Positions 1 to 7,338 of a stretch of DNA of 24,054 nt are shown piece by piece (position 1 is the first letter of the stretch; each line of letters starts with the position of its first letter). The notes under the pieces are model-generated. The model did not search any database. It was not told where the DNA came from and saw only the letters and a program-made list of their open reading frames with translations. The stretch spans positions 1 to 24,054 of the forward strand of contig JAAFKJ010000025.1 of the NCBI GenBank assembly GCA_021399395.1, read 5' to 3'. The DNA comes from Candidatus Heimdallarchaeota archaeon (GTDB lineage: Archaea; Asgardarchaeota; Heimdallarchaeia; Heimdallarchaeales; Heimdallarchaeaceae). The translations under genes and the position numbers were made by a program.

Positions 1-905
1 ATGTTGAAAGTTGGTCTGAACATCAGCCGGTGAGTAATTGGTAGATCCTTCTCTTCGCCAAAGTAAGTAATGTCAAGTTGTTCTTTGTAAACCTCAGGAT
101 CGCGATTTAGATCCTCTGCTGCCTTCAGTGCTGCAGGGGTTGGTGTAAAGACATCATCATAAAATCCTTCAATTAGACATTTACCCTGATCATCCTTCAT
201 TGTTTTGAGAATGGTTATAAGATCCCAAACTGGGTTGGGTTGTATCCCTCCAAAGTTACCAGAATGCACATCTCCTTTTGCAGTTTGGAGTTCGAACTGA
301 GCAGTTATTATTCCTCTAGCACCAAATTCCAGGGTAGGTTTCCAAGTAGGGTCAGCAGGACCATCTGAAACAATAACCAGATCTACATCTTCGAAAAACT
401 CTTGTTTTTTACTAATGGCTTCATCTATGTAAGGTGAACCTAATTCTTCTTCACCATCAAGAATCATCTTGACATGAACGCCAAGTTGGTTAAGTTTGTG
501 AAGACACTCTATAGCAACAATATGTGCAAAGAATTGACCTTTGTTATCACCAATACCTCTAGCAAAAATACGGCCATCTCTGATTACAGGTTCAAAAGGA
601 GGAGATATCCATTCATCAAGAGGTTCAGGTGGTTGAACATCATAATGACCATAGAAGAGAAGAGTAGGATGATCACTAGCAGAAATCTCTAGGAACTGTG
701 GTTTCCATTCAGCTAGGATAACAGGGTTTCCAGTAGTTGGTATCTGTTCCACAAAATCAGCTGTTTGCCTAAGTTTGGTTTCAAGCCAATTTGCAGCTGT
801 TTGTACAGAATCCTTGTGTCGAGATATACTAGGAATCCGAATTAGATCAAATAGTTCATTTAGAAAATTTTGTTTATTATCTGTAAAAAAATCTACGGCT
901 TTCAA
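1..905 (-). CDS. M20/M25/M40-family metallopeptidase (CNDP/Dug1-like dipeptidase), 3' end outside the window
   Basis: Not in the ORF track. Manual minus-strand translation from a probable TTG at 905 gives LKAVDFF...LIRIPSISR, LLFYGHYDVQP, GRIFARGIGDNKGQF, ILDGEEELGS and DVHSGNFGG, the M20 metal-binding and catalytic motifs. Start codon uncertain. Confidence 0.9.
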   Translation of the reverse strand, partial: MKAVDFFTDNKQNFLNELFDLIRIPSISRHKDSVQTAANWLETKLRQTADFVEQIPTTGNPVILAEWKPQFLEISASDHPTLLFYGHYDVQPPEPLDEWISPPFEPVIRDGRIFARGIGDNKGQFFAHIVAIECLHKLNQLGVHVKMILDGEEELGSPYIDEAISKKQEFFEDVDLVIVSDGPADPTWKPTLEFGARGIITAQFELQTAKGDVHSGNFGGIQPNPVWDLITILKTMKDDQGKCLIEGFYDDVFTPTPAALKAAEDLNRDPEVYKEQLDITYFGEEKDLPITHRLMFRPTFN

Positions 906-988
906 TTCAATACTTCCTAACTCAAGGTATAGAACTCTTAGTTAAGAAAAAAGGGAAGTATAGGTTTTAAATAGTTTCACCTAAAATT

Positions 989-1477
989 CTATTTAGCTGG
1001 TTTAGCTTGTTTATCAATTCTTCCAGCTAAGAAGAAGAGCAAAGTACAAAGTAACCCAGCAATTATTCCTGCATAAAAGCCAGTACCCAAGCCATCATCC
1101 CACATCTCAGTACCGATATACACATAGAAGAGTATGGTAATAATGATAGTTAAGATAACTGCGCCTAAGGATACGAACATACCACTTTGTTCTATTCTTT
1201 TATCAACTTCTTTGGGTAATTTGAGAATCGGATAAAGCTGTTGCAAGGCAACCAGTAGTATATAAACAAACATTAGCCCTAGAAGAACTATAAGGAATTT
1301 GTCAAAGCCAGGAGTGTATTCTGCACCTATACCAAAATTATATCCATCGGAAGAACTTTCGTACCACCAAGCGAATTCAAATGCGAAATTAAGAATAGCA
1401 CCAACTAAACTGAGAATCATAATTCCAACATACATGGCAGGTTTTGTGGATTCTGGGATTTCACGTTGTTCTGACAT
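989..1477 (-). CDS. Hypothetical integral membrane protein, about 4 TM helices
   Basis: 162-aa ORF with four long hydrophobic segments (MYVGIMILSLVGAIL; FLIVLLGLMFVYILLVAL; MFVSLGAVILTIIITILFYVYI; FYAGIIAGLLCTLLFFLAG) and charged termini. Confidence 0.8.
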   Translation of the reverse strand: MSEQREIPESTKPAMYVGIMILSLVGAILNFAFEFAWWYESSSDGYNFGIGAEYTPGFDKFLIVLLGLMFVYILLVALQQLYPILKLPKEVDKRIEQSGMFVSLGAVILTIIITILFYVYIGTEMWDDGLGTGFYAGIIAGLLCTLLFFLAGRIDKQAKPAK

Positions 1478-1566
1478 AGAAGAAATACATCAAAACTTGT
1501 TTAAAAATATATTCTCGAATCAAAAAACATGAAAGAGAAAGAATAGTAAAGGAGATTTAGAGAGTA

Positions 1567-1585
1567 AACGAAAGTTTTATTAAAA
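1567..1585 (+). promoter_or_regulatory. BRE-TATA promoter of tRNA-Lys(CTT)
   Basis: AACGAAAGTTTTATTAAAA is a purine-rich BRE followed by a TTTATTAA TATA box about 45 nt upstream of the tRNA; 18/19 identical to the element upstream of tRNA-Lys(TTT). Confidence 0.75.
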
Positions 1586-1629
1586 AACATTGGACGAAAG
1601 AAACGAAGAGTAATCTTCGCAATTGGGTA

Positions 1630-1737
1630 GGGCCTGTGGCTCAGTTAGGTAGAGCATCGGACTCTTAGGTCAATAAGCAAATTCTTGTTGATGGAAAAAT
1701 CCGCGGGTCGGGAGTTCAAATCTCCCCAGGCTCACCA
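1630..1737 (+). tRNA. tRNA-Lys(CTT) with a 31-nt intron at 37/38 (1668-1698); CCA encoded
   Basis: Acceptor GGGCCTG/CAGGCTC; D arm GCTC-AGTTAGGTA-GAGC; anticodon arm TCGGA-CT-CTT-A[intron]A-TCCGC; T arm GGGAG-TTCAAAT-CTCCC; discriminator A then CCA (1735-1737). Confidence 0.93.
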
Positions 1738-1748
1738 CATTTACAATT

Positions 1749-3203
1749 CTAATAGTCTTTTAGCGCAACTTTTTCTCTTGCCTTTTGATGTTCTTCATCT
1801 ACTATTTTATCATAATCTGGTGGGACAGGTGCGCTTCTTCTTTTTTGTAAGATTTTTTTTGCTCTTCGTCTTCTTGCTTTTATTTTAGGATAAGCCATCC
1901 AAGTAAGAACTGCTACAAGTGAAACTCCTATGACAACCCCAAATATTAGATTGTTCCAATTTCTTGGTATCCTATTCATATTCGAATCGAGTGGATACTT
2001 ATCAACTGATTCTGCATAGCCTACTATCTCATATGGCTTTCCTGATTGATGCCCATCCCAGTAGTTGCCCTCTTTTAATTCGGGATCATACCAGAGATTA
2101 TGCGTACCGTCATCCCTTGATTGTGTTAGCCCCCCATTATTACCAATAAACCTATTGTGATGGACACTATTATTGTAACCAGTCATGTCTATTCCATAGG
2201 CGGTATTATTTTCAAATAGATTATAGGTTACACTTACTAAGACAGAACTGAGAGCATCTATACCAACGTAATTCTCTTTAATTGTGTTATTAGTTATCTC
2301 CAAAACAACAATCTGAAGAAGATGTATTCCAACATACTCATTTCCTATTATTGTATTGTTTCTTATGGTGATGGTATCTGATACTTGTAAATACAGACCA
2401 TATTTGTTATTAGATAATGAACAGTTCTCAATTTCATGTCCTCCTGATGTTGCAATATTAAGCCCTTCACCATCATTCGATTCAAAGATATTGTTCCTAA
2501 ACACAGTATATAATGAGTGAAAAGTTGCGAGACCATCTGAATTGTACATGCAGATATTTTGGTCAACCAAACACCCTATTGATTCTGTTAAAGTCATCCC
2601 ATTTGCTATATTATTAGAACAAATATTCCCTACAATTACCGAATAATATGAGTTTGACACATGGATTCCATAGTGATTATTCATACAAACATTGTCTATC
2701 AGCTGAATCCCATTAGCTGAGGAAATTGATATCCCTGCACAATCTATAGTTTCATAATTAAAACTACTAGTTACATTGATTATCTTTGAAGTATTCTCAG
2801 CGACATCAGCTATTCTTATCCCATATTGTTCAGCATCAACGTAACCATTTCTAACTATGAAATGTTTAGTGGTCCCAGAAATATGAACTCCTGTTGAATT
2901 TGAAGTCGTTATATCAAAGTTTTCAATGACGTATGGGTCATTTAAGGTACCATTACCTGACAAACTATAATTGAGAAAATCATCATCTTCTAGAATCATG
3001 ATTGATGTAGTAAAGGTTGGTGCATGAATAATGGGTTTGGTTTCATAATATCTTGTTTGGTAACCTTTCACTATTTCAGATTGTATTGGAGTGTATACTA
3101 TTGGAGTGTATACTATTGGAGTGTATACTATTGGAGTGTATACTATTGTATTAGTAAACAATAATAATGACAATAAAAAGAATGAATGGAATTTTTTTAA
3201 CAT
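1749..3203 (-). CDS. Cell-surface right-handed parallel beta-helix (NosD/CASH-like) protein with N-terminal signal peptide and C-terminal TM anchor
   Basis: GNGTLNDPYVIEN cap, repeated N-x-I/C-x-x-N...G-I-x-L units, GNYWD and DKYPL C-terminal motifs, then hydrophobic LIFGVVIGVSLVAVLTWMAY followed by a basic KIKARRRRAKK stop-transfer. Confidence 0.85.
   Translation of the reverse strand: MLKKFHSFFLLSLLLFTNTIVYTPIVYTPIVYTPIVYTPIQSEIVKGYQTRYYETKPIIHAPTFTTSIMILEDDDFLNYSLSGNGTLNDPYVIENFDITTSNSTGVHISGTTKHFIVRNGYVDAEQYGIRIADVAENTSKIINVTSSFNYETIDCAGISISSANGIQLIDNVCMNNHYGIHVSNSYYSVIVGNICSNNIANGMTLTESIGCLVDQNICMYNSDGLATFHSLYTVFRNNIFESNDGEGLNIATSGGHEIENCSLSNNKYGLYLQVSDTITIRNNTIIGNEYVGIHLLQIVVLEITNNTIKENYVGIDALSSVLVSVTYNLFENNTAYGIDMTGYNNSVHHNRFIGNNGGLTQSRDDGTHNLWYDPELKEGNYWDGHQSGKPYEIVGYAESVDKYPLDSNMNRIPRNWNNLIFGVVIGVSLVAVLTWMAYPKIKARRRRAKKILQKRRSAPVPPDYDKIVDEEHQKAREKVALKDY
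3084..3148. repeat. Perfect 15-bp tandem repeat (TATTGGAGTGTATAC) x4 plus 5 nt, in frame, encoding (IVYTP)4
   Basis: Units read directly at 3084, 3099, 3114 and 3129, plus a partial TATTG at 3144; no spacers. Confidence 0.95.
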
Positions 3204-3255
3204 GTATTTCCCTCTATTCTAACAACTAAAACAGACAGCACGCAATTATATAAGA

Positions 3256-4191
3256 TTACCCATTTTCTATGCTCTGTTCTTCAGCGTATTCTCTCTCCCA
3301 TTCCTTGATAAGATGTTTCTCCCAGGTATCTGTATCAATCAGCAGTTTAATAGTCTCTTCAAAGTTCTTCCTTTCTTCCCAAATCTGAAAGGCTTCATCG
3401 ATTTCTATCCCTTCCCTATACAACCAATCATTACAAAGATCTGCTACAAAACCAGCGAACCTTCTATAAGCTAATCTGTGTTCTTTCTTCTGAGTTATAA
3501 CCACTGTAAAAGCTTTCTTAATTTTCTGTACATAAATGATAATATTCTCGCTTTCAAGTGTTTTCAATTCCCCTAACCCTATTGCTTTACCCAGATCTAG
3601 TACTGCTGACATAAAAGCAGTAATTAATGTTGCATCGTATGGCAGGGAAAGAGTTAGCATCAAAAAAACTGGTTGTCCTGTTTCTAAAGTAATAAGCAAA
3701 TCAACATCTTGAATGACTAGAGGTTTGTCTATAGAGTCATCATCTTTCTTTACAATATTCCTTCCAGAGAGAATTGTTCTTTTGTTGATTATTAGGTTTA
3801 GGTTTCGCATGAAGAAGTAAATTCCTTCTTTCTCTTTTTCTAGGAATTTTTCGTCTTCAATCCATAAATCGCTTTCTTTAATAATCTCTAGTGGTTGAAA
3901 ATTCTCTTGAAAATTCTTCTTGACTCTTTTAACTAGTGATTCATATGTACCTATCTCTTTAACAATGGTAAGAATATAATCACTCTTCTTTTCACAAACA
4001 ATTTCGTTATCACCAAATTCTATCAACTTAGGTGAGCTTTCCCCAAATTCCCCGATAATTGACGTTACAGCAGTGATATAACTTATTACTTCAACATTCT
4101 TCTCCTCGGTTGCCCATGTTTCATCGTAGATTCTATAATATCTACAGGAACCGGATGTTTTCAGTACTAGAACTGCTTTTATCAATTTCAA
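3256..4191 (-). CDS. Hypothetical protein with two probable longin-like domains (Asgard eukaryotic-signature-type)
   Basis: Two units share the longin beta-beta-alpha-beta-beta-beta-alpha pattern: IKAVLVLKTSGSCRYYR...VISYITAVTSIIGEFG...IEFGDNEIVCEK and VDLLITLETGQPVF...DATLITAFMSAVLDLGKAIGLGELKTLESENIIIYVQK. TTG start. The fold is inferred by eye. Confidence 0.65.
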   Translation of the reverse strand: MKLIKAVLVLKTSGSCRYYRIYDETWATEEKNVEVISYITAVTSIIGEFGESSPKLIEFGDNEIVCEKKSDYILTIVKEIGTYESLVKRVKKNFQENFQPLEIIKESDLWIEDEKFLEKEKEGIYFFMRNLNLIINKRTILSGRNIVKKDDDSIDKPLVIQDVDLLITLETGQPVFLMLTLSLPYDATLITAFMSAVLDLGKAIGLGELKTLESENIIIYVQKIKKAFTVVITQKKEHRLAYRRFAGFVADLCNDWLYREGIEIDEAFQIWEERKNFEETIKLLIDTDTWEKHLIKEWEREYAEEQSIENG

Positions 4192-4290
4192 ATCACACTA
4201 AACTAATATACTTTAGGTAGAGTATACCCTCAGAGTATACCTTAATAGATAAAAATAACTCTTAAAATCTTTCTTTAAGGGAAATGAAAA

Positions 4291-5358
4291 ATGAATCACC
4301 ATTCCTCTGGAGTTCGTACCTCCTACAAACTAGCCGAAACAGTTCTACAAGAACTGCGAAAACAGAAGGCAATAGATCTAACTTTAGAGTTCAGAAGAGA
4401 AGATGAATGTCTAATAATTCCTATAACACTATCAGAGGAAAAAACCCTATCGCTCCTAGAAGAACTAGAAGGGGATTTTGAAGTTAAATCCTTTACATTC
4501 ACTCAGAAAGAAGAGTTACCAAAAAATTTGTTTGAGGCTGTCAAGGAGGACATACCTCTTGCTTTACATAGCAATATACCTAAGGCTTATGATCTAATAG
4601 GGGACATAGTTGTTGTAGATATTTCAGAAGAAATATTAGATTACAAAGCAAAAATCGGGAAGGCGCTATTATCTCTCTTTCCTTCTATAAGTTCAGTTTA
4701 TAGAAAAGCTTCAGCTGTAACAGGAGAGACTAGAATAAGAGAATTAGAACTACTAGCAGGAGAGGAGAAATGTGAAACTGTGCACCAAGAACATGGAATT
4801 AAGATCTTCACTAATGTATGCAAAACATATTTTAGCCCTCGTCTTGGAGATGAGCACAAGAGAGTATCAGATAAAGTGAAGAATAACGAAATTGTAGTGG
4901 ATTTGTTTACTGGAGTAGGTTCTTTTCCACTTCATATTACTAAAAAGAAAGAAGTAACAGTTTTTGCCGTCGACATAAACAAGATTGCCTTAAGTTGTTT
5001 AGAAAAATCTATGGATTTAAACAAACTAAAGGGAAAGATCGCCATTATTTACGGTGATTGCAGACATGTAGTCAATTCTCTTCTCAAAGCAGATAAAATC
5101 ATCATGAATCTCCCAGGTAAAGCTCAAGAATATCTGGATGTTGTATGTCAGATTATAAAACCTGAAGGAATAATATATTTCTATCAATTTGTTCCTGACG
5201 ATAAACCAGAAGAGAAAATTAAACAAATACTTGAAGAAAAGCTCAGAGAACAAAATTTCTCGATTAAGGAAATAATCAGTTTTCAAAAAATAAGAGAGAG
5301 TGCTCCAAGAGAGATTCATGCCTGCTTAGAGGTATCAGTCATTCCTGATTCTACTTGA
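4291..5358 (+). CDS. trm5: tRNA (guanine37-N1) methyltransferase, Trm5b-like
   Basis: AYDLIGDIVVV, GETRIRELELLAGE, YFSPRL, SAM-binding VVDLFTGVGSF, AVDIN and IIMNLP motifs; N-terminal D1-like domain present. Confidence 0.9.
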   Translation: MNHHSSGVRTSYKLAETVLQELRKQKAIDLTLEFRREDECLIIPITLSEEKTLSLLEELEGDFEVKSFTFTQKEELPKNLFEAVKEDIPLALHSNIPKAYDLIGDIVVVDISEEILDYKAKIGKALLSLFPSISSVYRKASAVTGETRIRELELLAGEEKCETVHQEHGIKIFTNVCKTYFSPRLGDEHKRVSDKVKNNEIVVDLFTGVGSFPLHITKKKEVTVFAVDINKIALSCLEKSMDLNKLKGKIAIIYGDCRHVVNSLLKADKIIMNLPGKAQEYLDVVCQIIKPEGIIYFYQFVPDDKPEEKIKQILEEKLREQNFSIKEIISFQKIRESAPREIHACLEVSVIPDST

Positions 5359-5765
5359 AGAGTTATTTCCATAACAGAGTTAGGATTTCTCATTATACTT
5401 CGAATCTCATTAGATATATCGTTAGCAATTTTATTCGCATTGATCATTAAGGTTCTAGGGCAAAGAAAATCACTTTTTCTTACAATGAATGCGGTTGTAT
5501 CTGAGAGCAATAGATCAGGATGTCCATTACCTTCAATCTCTTCAATTAATCCATTTACTCCCAAAGTTAGTTTAATTCTGCACTCTTTTTCTCTAATAAT
5601 GTTCTTAACTTCAACAGGAAGGTTTACCAGATTCATTGTTGTGTTTATACCCAATATGCAATCTCCCCTAAGTGTTAAATCCGATTCAGTTGTAAACTCA
5701 AGTGTTGATTTATGCTTAGAAGTAACGTTTGGATGGCCATAACACTTGAAAGAAACTAATACCAT
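5316..5765 (-). CDS. DUF371-family archaeal protein
   Basis: GHPNVTSKHKSTLEFT, LTLRGDCILG, GHPDL and IVRKSDF...RTLMINANK motifs typical of DUF371. Confidence 0.85.
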   Translation of the reverse strand: MVLVSFKCYGHPNVTSKHKSTLEFTTESDLTLRGDCILGINTTMNLVNLPVEVKNIIREKECRIKLTLGVNGLIEEIEGNGHPDLLLSDTTAFIVRKSDFLCPRTLMINANKIANDISNEIRSIMRNPNSVMEITLQVESGMTDTSKQA

Positions 5766-6004
5766 GGAAATCTTAATGCATTAATGGTTTAACTAAATTT
5801 CGCTATTTGATTTTTTTACTGAAAAAGATGTATATTGTTACAAATAGTTTAACAGAAGGGGTTGTTTCTTTTATATAGCTAGTTTTGCATATTAAAATCC
5901 CAATACAATATCTAGTTTCTTCTTTTCACCATAGATATTATATATGCTTACAAAAAACTATGTTTATAATATCGTAATGAAAAATAAGTTTGGTAGTTGC
6001 ATCA

Positions 6005-7219
6005 ATGTCTCAAGAGTTACCCTTAGAAGAAGCTTATGATTGGTTTAATAGCCGTGTTTCATCAAATATGTCTAGTTATAGGAATAATGCTGCAAAACAG
6101 TTACGTTCCATTAAGGATAAAATAGAAGAAGTAAAGAGCGCTGCACACAGATTTGACTATTCTGACATCAAAGATCCAGATGTTTACCAAAATTATGCAA
6201 CAACAATCCACACTAGGATAAACGAGATATTTGGTGATTTTGAAACTCCAGAAGAGATAACTTTTCGGAATCTTGAAGATTTTCTGTCAAATACTCAAAG
6301 CAAAATTAGCGCTTGTATGAACATGTTATCCAAATATCTATCTTGGTTGAAAAGAGATAGATCATACAAAGACAAAGTAAAAAGTTTAGATAGAACTTTA
6401 ACTAGATTGAAGGAAGATGTTTTTCATTTTGAGAATAAAACTATGGTTTCGTATTCTGAAATTACAAAATTCGAGAAAGTTCTAGATGATATTGGGAGAT
6501 TAATACAACTTGTAGAGAGAAACTATGCCATTGAGGAAGAAATTGAAACCCATGCGGATGATGTGGCTAAGATAACAAAAGAAATTGACAAAAACCAAGA
6601 ATCTTTGGATGAATTAAAAAACCATCCTGGTTTCGTGCAATTACAAAATAATAGAAAAGAACTAGAACGAATCGAAATAACTGTTTCTAATAAGTTATCA
6701 GAGATTAAGAAATTGTCTAGTAAAGTATTGAAAGCTGTCGATAACAAGAAAGTCGAAATTCATGATTATGATAAAGAAACTCTAAAAAGTATGATAAAAG
6801 ATCCATTATCTGCATTTGTAAAAGAACCTGAAGGGTATAATGGAATTAAATCTTCTTTAAGAGTTTTAAAAGAAATTAGCACTGAACCAGCAATTCAGAT
6901 GAAAAAAGAAAAATTGAAACGGGCATACGAAAATATAGATGAAATACTCAATAATGAATTGCTTGAATACCAAAAAAATGCCCAATTCCTTATAAAACAA
7001 AGCGAAGCGATCGAGTATAAGTTTCAGGATATGCAGTTAGACCTCAATATGAAGAAATTTAAACAAGAGATTGATAATCTGAAAATAGATCGAAACAGGA
7101 TAACACTTGCTCTTAGAAGAGAAAAAACTGGCATAGAAGAGGAAATTAAAACCGTAAATAAATCTATTGAAGAACATATAGATGAATTCACAAATCGGTC
7201 TGTAAAACTTATTTTCTAG
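6005..7219 (+). CDS. Hypothetical alpha-helical coiled-coil protein
   Basis: Long E/K/I/L-rich ORF with heptad-like segments and no recognisable catalytic motif. ATG at 6005 preferred over the track's TTG at 5990. Confidence 0.75.
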   Translation: MSQELPLEEAYDWFNSRVSSNMSSYRNNAAKQLRSIKDKIEEVKSAAHRFDYSDIKDPDVYQNYATTIHTRINEIFGDFETPEEITFRNLEDFLSNTQSKISACMNMLSKYLSWLKRDRSYKDKVKSLDRTLTRLKEDVFHFENKTMVSYSEITKFEKVLDDIGRLIQLVERNYAIEEEIETHADDVAKITKEIDKNQESLDELKNHPGFVQLQNNRKELERIEITVSNKLSEIKKLSSKVLKAVDNKKVEIHDYDKETLKSMIKDPLSAFVKEPEGYNGIKSSLRVLKEISTEPAIQMKKEKLKRAYENIDEILNNELLEYQKNAQFLIKQSEAIEYKFQDMQLDLNMKKFKQEIDNLKIDRNRITLALRREKTGIEEEIKTVNKSIEEHIDEFTNRSVKLIF

Positions 7220-7338
7220 ATTTTAAGCTAAAATTAGCTTCATTTGTTATTTTCACTACAAATTACTTTGTTACCAAAATGACCTAAACAAAATAAACCT
7301 TAAATCCATCGTAAGTTCATATTCAACTGATGAATTAG

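Noticed and set aside
1685-1888. ORFs 1685..1888 (+) and 18419..18610 (+) from the track
   Set aside because: They overlap the two tRNA-Lys genes and have no protein-like motifs.
3084-3148. Repeat array considered as CRISPR
   Set aside because: Units are 15 bp, contiguous with no spacers, and in frame within a CDS; no cas genes are present.
5107-5117. AATCTCCCAGG resembling the tRNA-Lys(CTT) 3' end (possible att site of an island)
   Set aside because: Short, imperfect match that encodes the conserved NLP motif of Trm5; no integrase is present in the window.
5773-5784. Perfect 12-bp palindrome TTAATGCATTAA before DUF371
   Set aside because: Single AT-rich instance with no second copy seen; cannot be distinguished from chance.
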